Below are positions 28,211-37,407 of a stretch of DNA of 62,031 nt, one piece after another. The notes below the pieces were generated by a model that had not been told where the DNA came from, ran no database searches, and was given only the letters and a program-made list of their open reading frames with translations. Origin of the DNA: an uncultured Lachnospiraceae bacterium (GTDB taxonomy: Bacteria > Bacillota > Clostridia > Lachnospirales > Lachnospiraceae); NCBI GenBank assembly GCA_947600145.1, contig CANQGA010000001.1, forward strand, positions 1 through 62,031. The letters run 5' to 3'. Positions within the stretch are counted from its first letter, which is position 1, and each line of letters begins with the position of its first letter. Position numbers and translations under genes: made by a program.

Positions 28211-28357
28211 GAACACATATTCTGTATCTGGGTCTATCTTACCACATGTCAGATGAAAATGCAAACTTTTGTTCGATTTTTTGCGAAAATGTATTGACAA
28301 ACATGTGTTCGATGATATAATAAGAACATACAGAACACTTGTTCGCAACGTCTGTTC
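28211..28357. promoter_or_regulatory. Divergent lexA/yneA control region with five SOS-box-like sites and a sigma-A promoter
   Basis: GAAC-N4-GTTC variants at 28211, 28263, 28299, 28333 (perfect GAACACTTGTTC) and 28346; TTGACA at 28294, TATAAT at 28316. Confidence 0.85.
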
Positions 28358-28375
28358 GATTCGGAGGTACATATT

Positions 28376-28675
28376 ATGAAGAAGATGATTTTGACCGTGA
28401 TGCTGGCAGCGGTTCTGGGATTTCTTTTCCGGGGGAACGCTTTGATGGATACGCTTGCGAATGAGCCTGCTTCCGCGAAGAAGACCGCATATTATACAAG
28501 TATCGAGATATCCGACGGAGATTCCCTATGGAGTATTGCGCAGAAGTACGCGCCGGACCTGGATCTGTCTACCGAAGAGTATATCGACTGCCTCAGGCAG
28601 ATGAATCACATCAGGGGCGACGTCATTCACAGCGGCCGATGCCTGACTGTCATGTACTGCGGATCTGTGGAATGA
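28376..28675 (+). CDS. yneA: LysM-domain protein, YneA-like SOS cell-division inhibitor
   Basis: N-terminal hydrophobic helix, LysM (ISDGDSLWSIAQKY); divergent from lexA behind SOS boxes. Confidence 0.8.
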   Translation: MKKMILTVMLAAVLGFLFRGNALMDTLANEPASAKKTAYYTSIEISDGDSLWSIAQKYAPDLDLSTEEYIDCLRQMNHIRGDVIHSGRCLTVMYCGSVE

Positions 28676-28682
28676 TCCCGGA

Positions 28683-29738
28683 TCAGGTTTCCTCACGGAG
28701 GCGCACTTTATCCCTCGCGCTGCGCCTTCTGGCGTCATCCAGCGCGGCGTAGTGCTTCTTGGTTGTGTTGACATCGGAATGTCCCAGTACATCGGCCACC
28801 AGATAGATATCGCCGGTCTCCTGGTAAAGTGTGGTTCCGTAGGTGCTGCGAAGTTTGTGCGGCGTGATCTTTTTCAGCGGTGTGACGATCCTGGCGTATT
28901 TCTTGACAAGATTTTCCACGCTCCGCACAGAGATCCGCTTCATTTGCAGAGAGAGGAAGAGAGCGTTCTCATGGCCTTCCTCCGGGATCAGATGCTTTCG
29001 TTCCTCAAGATAGTTAAGCAGGGCTTCCTCCACCTCGTCTCCGAAATAGACCGTAACTTCCTTGCCGCCTTTGCGGTGGATCCGAAGTCCGCTGTTTTTG
29101 AAGTCCACATCCTGGATATCCAGTCCGACGCACTCTGATACACGGATCCCGGTGCCGAGAAGCAGCGTCATCAGTGCCAGATCACGTACCTGGGTTTTCT
29201 CATGGAAATCCCGCTGCTTTTTAGGCAGGGCGTCTCCATTTTCGACCTCGTCGAGAAGCATTGCCACCTCATCGATATCCAGACGGATGATATCCTTTTC
29301 ATGGAGCTTCGGAAGCCTGGCGATAGCCGCCGGGTTATTCTTCAGCTGTTCCGTGCGATAATAGTAGTTATAGAAGCTCTTTAATGAGGACATTTTACGC
29401 ATGATTCCGCGTTCCTTGTTGACGATTTCCTTATTTTTGTCGTTAAACCGGTATTTCAGGTACTCCATGTATTCCTCCATATCGGTCACGCGCAGCTGGT
29501 CAAGATGCTCCAGCGTGATATCGCGGATGTCCATATCGGCAAATATCGGATTTTCCTTTTTCAGGAACTCGAAGAAGACCTTCAGGTCATACGCGTACGC
29601 GATACGTGTCCGTGAGGATGTCTGAGGCTCAATGCCGCGGAAGAAATCGGAGCAGAAGGGCGGCAGTTCTTTGATCATTTCACGCAGACGGAGAGTGTTC
29701 TCCCTGTTTTTCTGCTCATAATATGGAATATTAGCCAT
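28683..29738 (-). CDS. Xer-type tyrosine recombinase (351 aa)
   Basis: Catalytic R (GTGIRVSE), K (HRKGGK), HxxR (HKLR), H (LGH), Y (KHYA); embedded in housekeeping genes. Confidence 0.92.
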   Translation of the reverse strand: MANIPYYEQKNRENTLRLREMIKELPPFCSDFFRGIEPQTSSRTRIAYAYDLKVFFEFLKKENPIFADMDIRDITLEHLDQLRVTDMEEYMEYLKYRFNDKNKEIVNKERGIMRKMSSLKSFYNYYYRTEQLKNNPAAIARLPKLHEKDIIRLDIDEVAMLLDEVENGDALPKKQRDFHEKTQVRDLALMTLLLGTGIRVSECVGLDIQDVDFKNSGLRIHRKGGKEVTVYFGDEVEEALLNYLEERKHLIPEEGHENALFLSLQMKRISVRSVENLVKKYARIVTPLKKITPHKLRSTYGTTLYQETGDIYLVADVLGHSDVNTTKKHYAALDDARRRSARDKVRLREET

Positions 29739-29759
29739 GATATGCCTCCTGTGTGGATT

Positions 29760-30548
29760 TTAATATATATTTTCCGGACTTTTCAGCGCAGAGCTTCCGG
29801 CTGCAGAATCCGGCTGCGGATCGACAGATCCTTCGCGGTTCCATCCGGGAATGCGGCTGTTTGCCACAGCATGGAACAGCTGGTCCTTTACCGTGGGATT
29901 TTCATGGACCATACTATTCGTTAATTTTTTAACATATTCGCGTTTTGTCTGTCCATCCGCCGGGCACGGATTCTTGCATACAGGAAGCTTCTGGCGGTTT
30001 TTAAAACCGATCACATCGGCTTCCGTGACATAGATCATCGGACGGATGACCGTCAGCCCGGTACGGTCCAGATAGATTCGCGGAGGGAACGCGTAAAAAC
30101 GTCCTTCGTATATCAATGACAACAAGGCCGTTTCGATAACGTCATCCCTGTGATGCGCGTAAGCGACTTTATTGCAGCCCAGTTCCAGAGCGGCCTTGTT
30201 GAGAGCGCCTTTGCGCAGCTTGGCGCAGAGCGCGCAGGGATTCGATTCTTTTCGCTCCTGAAACAATATTTTTCCGATTTGAGTAGGAATGATCGTATAC
30301 GGAACTGAAAATCGCTCACAGAGCGATCTGACGGCTGACAGGTCGAAGCCGTCGAATCCCAGATCGACCGTTACGGCGCACAGATCAAATTTCTTTGGAT
30401 AAAACCGCTGCAGACCGCACAGCGCGTAAAGAAGCGTCAGGCTGTCCTTGCCGCCGGAGATACCGACAGCGATCCGGTCGCCGTCATCGATCAGATGATA
30501 GTCGTCAATTGCCTGACGTGTTAAGCTGTACAGCCGCTGTAATTTCAT
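29760..30548 (-). CDS. ttcA: tRNA 2-thiocytidine biosynthesis TtcA-family protein
   Basis: PP-loop SGGKDS, CALC, AHHRDD, IRPM, CKNPC. Confidence 0.88.
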   Translation of the reverse strand: MKLQRLYSLTRQAIDDYHLIDDGDRIAVGISGGKDSLTLLYALCGLQRFYPKKFDLCAVTVDLGFDGFDLSAVRSLCERFSVPYTIIPTQIGKILFQERKESNPCALCAKLRKGALNKAALELGCNKVAYAHHRDDVIETALLSLIYEGRFYAFPPRIYLDRTGLTVIRPMIYVTEADVIGFKNRQKLPVCKNPCPADGQTKREYVKKLTNSMVHENPTVKDQLFHAVANSRIPGWNREGSVDPQPDSAAGSSALKSPENIY

Positions 30549-30771
30549 GAAATACCCCTCTTTTTGCCGCTATCTATTCGTTAAAGTGTTGTTTCGCGAA
30601 TAGTTGGATGTCTCTTATATTCTACTCGTTTCGGCCTCAAATGTCAACCATGAATTTTAAAGCAACAAAAGATGGAGATAACCAGCATCCCGGCAATCGT
30701 CCCTGCCGTTTTGCGCCGGATTATCTCCGTCTTCTTTCCCTCTTTCATTATGAAATAAAACCATGAAATCG

Positions 30772-31416
30772 TTATTTCTCCCGTGCCTTCATTTGTTCCG
30801 CTTTCAGCTGCGCGAACTCCCGGATCAGAGAGACCGCGCCGTCCGCGCCAGTTTTGCTGCTGTTGATGCACAGATCATAATTCCTGGCGTCCCCCCATTT
30901 TTTGCCGGTATAATAGTTATAGTAGCTGGAACGGTTCTTATCATTCTTGATCATGATCTCCTTCGCCTTGGCGGCAGTCACATTGTGAAGCTCCATCAGA
31001 CGTTCGATCTTATCGTCCTCATCCCCGGTTATGAAAACCGTGACCGTATTCGGAAAATCTGCCAGCGCGTAATCGGCGCATCTTCCGACGATCACGCAGG
31101 ATTCTTCCTGGGCGATCTTCTTGATCGTGTCAAACTGCGCCAGAAAAACCTTATGGTTGATCGGCATATTCACATAGGAGGAAGTGCCGTAGCCCATGGA
31201 ATACGTATCCATAACAAAGGAATAAAGAAAGCTCCCCGCCGCCTTCTCATCGTGGGTTTCAAACACTTCCTTACAGAGACCGCTGTGCTTGGCCGCCTCC
31301 GTTAGAAGCTCCTTATTATAACACTTGATTCCAAGAGAATCTGCCAGTTTCTTGCCAATCGTATTCCCCTTGCTGCCGCTCTGACGGCCAATCGTAATTA
31401 CAAGATTTCCGTTCAT
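30772..31416 (-). CDS. Cytidylate kinase-like family protein
   Basis: VITIGRQSGSKG, SCVIVGRCADY, YYNYYT..KWG...YDLCINS. Confidence 0.88.
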   Translation of the reverse strand: MNGNLVITIGRQSGSKGNTIGKKLADSLGIKCYNKELLTEAAKHSGLCKEVFETHDEKAAGSFLYSFVMDTYSMGYGTSSYVNMPINHKVFLAQFDTIKKIAQEESCVIVGRCADYALADFPNTVTVFITGDEDDKIERLMELHNVTAAKAKEIMIKNDKNRSSYYNYYTGKKWGDARNYDLCINSSKTGADGAVSLIREFAQLKAEQMKAREK

Positions 31417-31507
31417 CCTGCCCTCTCCTTTCACAATACCAGATTCTGGTTATCTGTGATTGACATAAAAATTATACCGCAATCAGTTCAGAATGTATAG
31501 ATAAAAA

Positions 31508-32425
31508 TTATTTCATTTTTTCTAATTTTTCCAGTAGATCAGCAAAATATGCCGGCAGCGGCGCAGTAAACTCCATATACTCTCCTGTGCGCGGATGGAT
31601 AAAGCCCAATACGCCGGCGTGGAGCGTCTGTCCTTTAAGCGGAAACGGGCACCGGGCCGGACCGTACACCGGATCACCGAGGACCGGGTGATGGATCGAA
31701 CTCATATGAACCCGGATCTGATGGGTCCGTCCGGTCTCCAGACGGCATTCAATGTAGGTATAGGACGCGAAACGTTTCAGGACGCGGTAATGGGTCACAG
31801 CACGCCGGCCATTTTTCACATTGACAGCCATCTTCTTCCGATCCGAAGGATGCCTGCCGATCGGCGCGTCCACAACGCCTTCGTCTTCTTTCACAACCCC
31901 GCAGACGACCGCCTGATACCGCCTTGTGATCGTATGGTCTTTCAGCTGCTGCGCAATGGAATTATGAGCCAGGTCATTTTTGCATACGATCAGGATCCCG
32001 GTCGTATCGCGGTCGATGCGGTGAACGATTCCGGGCCGCTGGACGCCGTTTATTCCGGACAATTGTCCCTGACAGTGCGCCATGAGTCCGTTGACCAGCG
32101 TATCATCGGTATGTCCCGCGGCAGGATGTACTACCATGCCCTTTGGTTTATTGACCAGAAGGATGTCTTCGTCTTCATAGATAATATCAAGGTCCATCTC
32201 ACGTGCCGCAATCTCAGGCTCTTCTGCCTCCGGGATCTCAAACTCGACGAGATCTCCGTCCGAGACACGATAGCTGGCTTTTACCGCGGAACCGCAGACG
32301 CAGACTTCTCCCGCCTTCAGAAGCTTCTGCAGAAATGATCTGGAATGCTCTCCGCATGTCTCCGCCAGATACCGGTCGATCCGCAGTCCGCTCTCCTCCG
32401 GCTTAACCTGCAGCCGCTGTTTCAC
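31508..32425 (-). CDS. rluD: RluA/RluD-family pseudouridine synthase
   Basis: S4 domain, NKPKGMVVHP, HRIDRDTTG, GRTHQIRVH. Confidence 0.93.
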   Translation of the reverse strand: MKQRLQVKPEESGLRIDRYLAETCGEHSRSFLQKLLKAGEVCVCGSAVKASYRVSDGDLVEFEIPEAEEPEIAAREMDLDIIYEDEDILLVNKPKGMVVHPAAGHTDDTLVNGLMAHCQGQLSGINGVQRPGIVHRIDRDTTGILIVCKNDLAHNSIAQQLKDHTITRRYQAVVCGVVKEDEGVVDAPIGRHPSDRKKMAVNVKNGRRAVTHYRVLKRFASYTYIECRLETGRTHQIRVHMSSIHHPVLGDPVYGPARCPFPLKGQTLHAGVLGFIHPRTGEYMEFTAPLPAYFADLLEKLEKMK

Positions 32426-32940
32426 GCCGACTCCTTCCGCCCGGGAAGCATGGCCGTCAGCTCCTCATCACTGTAGAAGCCGAAGAACAGAAGAACAAAC
32501 AAAAGTCCTGTCGCCCCCGTCACGTAGCAATCCGCCACATTGAAGATCGGAAAATCGATCAGTTTAAAATAAAAGAAATCCACGACATATCCCTGGGTCA
32601 TCCGGTCGATCAGGTTGCCCGCAGCTCCGGCCGCGATCACGGTCATACAGAAGATCAGAGGCAGATAACGCTTATCTGCCGGAAGCGTCCAGAGCAGATA
32701 AAGCACAGCCGCAAAGACCAGCGCGGCGACCGCCATGAACAGAATATGATGTCCTTCAAGGAGGCCGAACGCGGCGCCCATGTTCTCTGAATACTGCAGT
32801 TCAAAGATACCGTTTAATATCACAAACGGTTCCTGCCCCTGCAGTTTCGCCGCGGCAAGGCCTTTGGTCCACTGATCCAGAGCCAGCAGTAAGCCGAAGA
32901 GCAGAAAGCTCAATGCGAAGCGTATGATGCGTTTATTCAT
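32422..32940 (-). CDS. lspA: Lipoprotein signal peptidase II
   Basis: DQWTK, NMGAAFG, GNLIDR, VVDF, FNVAD. Confidence 0.96.
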   Translation of the reverse strand: MNKRIIRFALSFLLFGLLLALDQWTKGLAAAKLQGQEPFVILNGIFELQYSENMGAAFGLLEGHHILFMAVAALVFAAVLYLLWTLPADKRYLPLIFCMTVIAAGAAGNLIDRMTQGYVVDFFYFKLIDFPIFNVADCYVTGATGLLFVLLFFGFYSDEELTAMLPGRKESA

Positions 32941-34054
32941 ATGAAGTCACCTTCCCATCCTTAGATATATTGCCGATCTCTGCCAGCCCGGCACGCATCT
33001 CTTCCTCCGTGACGGTTCTGTCGATATACGCGTCGCCGACGGAATGAAGCAGAATAAAGCGGATCTGTCCGGCGTCCATCTTCTTGTCGTTCCGCGCGGC
33101 GTCCAGAACCGCCTGAACGTCGATTCCGCGGACCCGGACCGGCATACCAAAGTTTTCCAGAAGTCTTCGCAGCCGCGAAACTTCCTCTCCGGCGAGGCGG
33201 CCGCGATCCGCCGAGATCCTCGCGGCGCACAGCATCCCGAGCCCGACGCAGTGCCCGTGAAACATCTGAAAATCCATACATTTCTCGATGGCATGGCCAA
33301 GCGTATGGCCGAAATTAAGAAGAGCCCTTTCGCCCTGCTCCGTCGGATCTGCCTCCACCACAAGGCGCTTGATCTCGTCGCTTCTTTGGATCATCTCCAG
33401 GCATATATCGGTATCACGCCGCATGATCTGTTCCCGGTGATCCTCAAGCCACTGATAATAGATCCTGTCCCGGATCAGACCGTGCTTAATGATCTCGCCC
33501 ATTCCGGAGCTGAACTGTTCTTCGGCCAGCGTAGACAGAACAGATACATTTGTATAGACCAGCTTCGGCATATGAAACGCGCCTACCATGTTCTTGTAGG
33601 AATCAAAGTCCACCCCGGTCTTTCCGCCGATGGAACTGTCGACCTGGGAAAGCAGCGTGGTCGGGATCTGGATGAAAGAGATCCCCCGCAGATAGGTCGC
33701 GGCAGCATATCCGCACAGATCGCCGACGACCCCGCCGCCAAGCGCGACGAGCATATCTTTTCGGTCGAACTGATTCGCGATCAGATGCCCATACAGCTTT
33801 CTCACTGTATCCAGATTCTTCTGTTCTTCACCGGCCGGAAACACATACGCGGAAACGGATCCGCACATGTCTCTGAAAATCGCGGAAACCTGCTCCAGAT
33901 ACAGTCCGGCGACTGTGGAATCCGTCACAATGCAGATCCTTCTGCCGGCTGCGCCAAGCGCTTCCGCCTCGCGCGCGAGCCCGTCAAAGGACTGCGATAG
34001 TATAATATCGTAGATCGGCTTCCCGTCCCGGTGCACCGTCATTCGTCTCTCCAT
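32933..34054 (-). CDS. aroB: 3-dehydroquinate synthase
   Basis: ALGGGVVGDL, PTTLLSQVDSSIGGKT, LNFGHTLGHAIE. Confidence 0.96.
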   Translation of the reverse strand: MERRMTVHRDGKPIYDIILSQSFDGLAREAEALGAAGRRICIVTDSTVAGLYLEQVSAIFRDMCGSVSAYVFPAGEEQKNLDTVRKLYGHLIANQFDRKDMLVALGGGVVGDLCGYAAATYLRGISFIQIPTTLLSQVDSSIGGKTGVDFDSYKNMVGAFHMPKLVYTNVSVLSTLAEEQFSSGMGEIIKHGLIRDRIYYQWLEDHREQIMRRDTDICLEMIQRSDEIKRLVVEADPTEQGERALLNFGHTLGHAIEKCMDFQMFHGHCVGLGMLCAARISADRGRLAGEEVSRLRRLLENFGMPVRVRGIDVQAVLDAARNDKKMDAGQIRFILLHSVGDAYIDRTVTEEEMRAGLAEIGNISKDGKVTSYE

Positions 34055-34176
34055 CCGCTTCTCCTTCCGAAAACTCCGCTATGAAACAAAAGCAGACATC
34101 CCACCCAGCCGGTTCATACCCGCCTCACAGCAGAATGCACAGACCAGGGAATGTCTGCCAATATAATCTTCTCATC

Positions 34177-34707
34177 TCAGATCCTGAAATTCAATCCCGA
34201 GATATCCATACTGCCCGCGCTTCCGCCCAACAGATCCTGGAAGTCGCCGGACAGTTCCACGGATTCCGGCGTAGCGATAAATATGTAGTTGGATATCTTC
34301 TGCAGATTGCCGTTCATGGAATAGGTGGCGCCTGAAGTGAAGTCGATGATCCGCTGGGCGATCTCCGTCTGCAGTCCTTCCATATTCAGAACGACCGCCT
34401 TGCCGGCCAGAAGATAATCACAGATCTCCTTGGCGTCTTCAATGGAGGTCGGCTTGATCATCGAAACTTCCATGCTCCGCTTCATCGGAACCACTTTCGC
34501 GGAAGAACGTCCGCCGCCAAGGAAGCGCGGCTTGGGAGCCTCCTCCTCTTCTATATCGTCGTAATAATCGTCATCCTGCTTCGCGGTCCCGCCGAACAGT
34601 CCTTTTCTGGCAGGCTTCTCATCTTCGTAGTCATCATCCAGAAAGTAATCGTCGTCTTCATTATCTCTCAGTCGAATGCTGTCCATAAATTTACCAAAAA
34701 CACCCAT
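34177..34707 (-). CDS. sepF: Cell division protein SepF
   Basis: AVVLNM...AQRIIDFTSGA...IFIATP; adjacent to yggS. Confidence 0.93.
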   Translation of the reverse strand: MGVFGKFMDSIRLRDNEDDDYFLDDDYEDEKPARKGLFGGTAKQDDDYYDDIEEEEAPKPRFLGGGRSSAKVVPMKRSMEVSMIKPTSIEDAKEICDYLLAGKAVVLNMEGLQTEIAQRIIDFTSGATYSMNGNLQKISNYIFIATPESVELSGDFQDLLGGSAGSMDISGLNFRI

Positions 34708-34709
34708 CG

Positions 34710-35417
34710 CTACAAATTCTCCCTTTTCTGTCTTTCACCGAAAATCCCGGTGCCGACTCTTACCATCGTAGAGCCCTCTTCGATCGCGACCTCAAAGTCA
34801 CCGGTCATACCCATTGAAAGAATATTCATATTAACATTATCGACGTTTTTGCTTTTCATGTCAATAAAAAGTTGATACAATTTTCGAAAAATCTGCCGGT
34901 TTTCTTCCGCCCTCTCCGTATAGGGCGCGATGGTCATCAGACCCTGAATATTCACATGCGGCAGGCGCGCGATCTGATCAAGCGCGGGCTCGGCCTCTTC
35001 CGGAAAAAATCCGAATTTGCTCTCCTCCCGCGCCGCGTTGACCTCCAGAAGAACCGGCACCGAGATCCCCCGCTTCGCCGCCTCCTTCTCGATCTCTGCG
35101 GCCAGCTTTACGGAATCCACGGAGTGGATAAGGCAGACCTTATCGACGACCTGACGGACCTTATTGGTCTGAAGGTGGCCGATCATGTGCCAGCGGATAT
35201 CCTGCGGCAGCGCCGGCGCCTTGGCCAGAAGTTCCTGCACCTTATTCTCTCCGAAATCGCGGGCGCCCGCTCCGTAAGCTTCCATAAGCATCTCTTCCGG
35301 CTTGGTCTTGCTGACCGCGATCAGCGTCACTTCATTCGGATCCCTTCCTGCCCTTTGGCAGGCAGCCTCGATTCTTTTACATATCTCCCGGTACTGCTGC
35401 GCAACCATACTCCTCAT
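34710..35417 (-). CDS. yggS: YggS/PLP homeostasis protein
   Basis: LIAVSKT, FGENKVQE, WHMIGHLQTNK, SMGMTGD, VRVGTGIFG. Confidence 0.95.
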   Translation of the reverse strand: MRSMVAQQYREICKRIEAACQRAGRDPNEVTLIAVSKTKPEEMLMEAYGAGARDFGENKVQELLAKAPALPQDIRWHMIGHLQTNKVRQVVDKVCLIHSVDSVKLAAEIEKEAAKRGISVPVLLEVNAAREESKFGFFPEEAEPALDQIARLPHVNIQGLMTIAPYTERAEENRQIFRKLYQLFIDMKSKNVDNVNMNILSMGMTGDFEVAIEEGSTMVRVGTGIFGERQKRENL

Positions 35418-35420
35418 CTC

Positions 35421-36821
35421 CTATTGATAGATCAGATCTCCCTCCGCGCCGACGGCGGAAGCGTCCAGCACGATATGGTCATAGACGCTGAGGCCGTAGC
35501 GGGTCCCCTTTTTCACAGTGTAGAATTCATCGTTCTGCGCCAGGATCTCGATCTGCTTGAACACGGAATATCCGCGGTTAATATTGTAAACGCCCTGCAG
35601 GGACGCGGTCTGTCCGATCTGGAACCGGTCTGCGGAATCCGGTTTTACAAGATAATCTCCGGCGTGGATCGGTTCTTTCTCGTCGGTATCGATATAATAG
35701 TATTCGTCGGTTGAGTAATAGATCGTCGCAGGCACAAACTCCACGATCGTTCCGTTTTCCGTATAGACTTCTTTATTGAATCCTTCCTGCTCCGAATCGC
35801 CGCCGGTCGTCAGATACGTCACCGGAACCAGATAAAAGTTCTTCGAAGTGACGGAACTGACCGGGATCTTCAGCCCCTGCGCGACATCCATAACTATCTG
35901 AAAGTCCAGATAGCGGTCAGAGATAAACTGCACCATATATTTTGTGAAATCCAGCTTCCCGTAACTTTCGCCGTCTGTTCCGACGATCATGGAAAATGCG
36001 CCGCTGGTCGTCAGATCATGTCCCGGGAACCGTACCGTAAGCGTCTCGGCGCCGCCAAGATCCGCCGCGTCCGTCTCCGACAGCGGAAAGAGCAGGGACC
36101 AGTTATCATCCGTGACCACTTTATAGACCGGCGTTCCCTGTTCGATCAGATCCCCCGCATGGGTGATCGCGCGGCTGTATCCGCTCCGGTCAAAAACCGC
36201 CGCCGATACCTGGGCGGGATCCAGATCTTCATATCCGTCGATCGAATAAGAGATCACGCCGCTGACCGGCGTCCGGATCTGAGAAAAATGATCTCCCAGC
36301 TGCTGCGCGAGCTGTTCGTCGGAATTTACCGAATTGAAATTCGTGTATTCCAGGACCATTGCGTCCAGCGAGTATTTCGCGTCGTACACCTGATCGAAAT
36401 TCAGATCCGAATAGGACTGACCGAAGGATGAAAGCTCCTTTTTCACGCTGGCCACGTCCTGATCCGACAGAAGATCCGCGGTGTCCGCGTTCTCCTCCAT
36501 GAGTCTGGACGCCTCTCCGGTCTCGTCCATGGAATAAATATTCGTTCCGGCGGCCGCGCGCTTCCCTTCCCGGACGTAATAATTGATGTATCCGCTCTGC
36601 GAAGCATACTCTGTGGTCTCATTTCTCAAAATGATCCCCTGAAAATTCCTGTCGTTTACGATGGAACCCTCCGTCACCTCGTAGGGCTGAACCTTGTCCC
36701 TGGTCTGATACTGATAGACGTAGAAGGCCAGGTACAGAAACATGATCGCGAATATGATCATACCGATATTCAGCTGCAGCGGACGGCGGTATCTGACAAT
36801 CTTTTTGCTTTTCTTAGCCAT
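35421..36821 (-). CDS. HlyD-like membrane-anchored protein (conserved upstream of yggS-sepF in Clostridia)
   Basis: One N-terminal TM helix, lipoyl-like halves (SGYINYYVREG; TPVSGVISY), GLKIPVSSV, GLSVYDHIV. Confidence 0.75.
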   Translation of the reverse strand: MAKKSKKIVRYRRPLQLNIGMIIFAIMFLYLAFYVYQYQTRDKVQPYEVTEGSIVNDRNFQGIILRNETTEYASQSGYINYYVREGKRAAAGTNIYSMDETGEASRLMEENADTADLLSDQDVASVKKELSSFGQSYSDLNFDQVYDAKYSLDAMVLEYTNFNSVNSDEQLAQQLGDHFSQIRTPVSGVISYSIDGYEDLDPAQVSAAVFDRSGYSRAITHAGDLIEQGTPVYKVVTDDNWSLLFPLSETDAADLGGAETLTVRFPGHDLTTSGAFSMIVGTDGESYGKLDFTKYMVQFISDRYLDFQIVMDVAQGLKIPVSSVTSKNFYLVPVTYLTTGGDSEQEGFNKEVYTENGTIVEFVPATIYYSTDEYYYIDTDEKEPIHAGDYLVKPDSADRFQIGQTASLQGVYNINRGYSVFKQIEILAQNDEFYTVKKGTRYGLSVYDHIVLDASAVGAEGDLIYQ

Positions 36822-36837
36822 AAGGCCGGTTCTCCTC

Positions 36838-36864
36838 AAAAAGAGCCTGGCATGGCAGGCTCTT
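36838..36864 (-). terminator. Rho-independent terminator
   Basis: AAGAGCCTG / CAGGCTCTT stem with an A-run on + (U-run on -). Confidence 0.65.
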
Positions 36865-36896
36865 CAGTCTCTTATTCCTATAAAAAGCGGCGCGGT

Positions 36897-37316
36897 TTAC
36901 AGGGAAACCGTCACCTTCTCGCGCATGCACTCCGGAAGCGCGTCCGCGTCCCTCGATACGCTCAGGACGAATGTCACATGGAACTTCTCGCCGATCTCCT
37001 CAAGTTTATTTACGGTCTCCGTGATATCCTGTCCTTCCAGGCAGGCAAGCTTCAGAAAGCTGTCAAGAAACATCTCTTCCAGATCATGGTCCTGGGAAAT
37101 GATGCCGCAGACAAAACCAATAAATCCTGAACTGTCATTAATATCGAAGCCCTTCACGTTGATCAAACGGATCTTGTTGTTCAGTTCATACATATGCTTG
37201 GAACTTTTATCCAGATAAACGATCGATCCCTTTGCTTCCTTGATCGCCGCGTTGGCCTTGTCCAGCAGATATTTTGTCTTACCCTTTCCCTTGTCACCTG
37301 CAATGATCTGCACCAT
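36897..37316 (-). CDS. Conserved small P-loop-like hypothetical protein
   Basis: GDKGKGKT Walker A-like and MFLD Walker B-like motifs; strong RBS AAGGAGGA. Confidence 0.8.
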   Translation of the reverse strand: MVQIIAGDKGKGKTKYLLDKANAAIKEAKGSIVYLDKSSKHMYELNNKIRLINVKGFDINDSSGFIGFVCGIISQDHDLEEMFLDSFLKLACLEGQDITETVNKLEEIGEKFHVTFVLSVSRDADALPECMREKVTVSL

Positions 37317-37407
37317 ACTTTTTGTCCTCCTTAAGTTTATTGGTTTTGTATAGAAAGTTGTTCATTTTCAGTTTAATTATAGTATATCTCCTTGGAAAAG
37401 GCAATCA

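Noticed and set aside
28683-29738. Tyrosine recombinase as a prophage/ICE integrase
   Set aside because: No excisionase, phage or conjugation genes, tRNA target or flanking att repeats; host-like composition and housekeeping context
30644-30871. 75-aa - strand ORF with a hydrophobic tail
   Set aside because: Overlaps the cytidylate-kinase-like gene out of frame; at most a gene remnant
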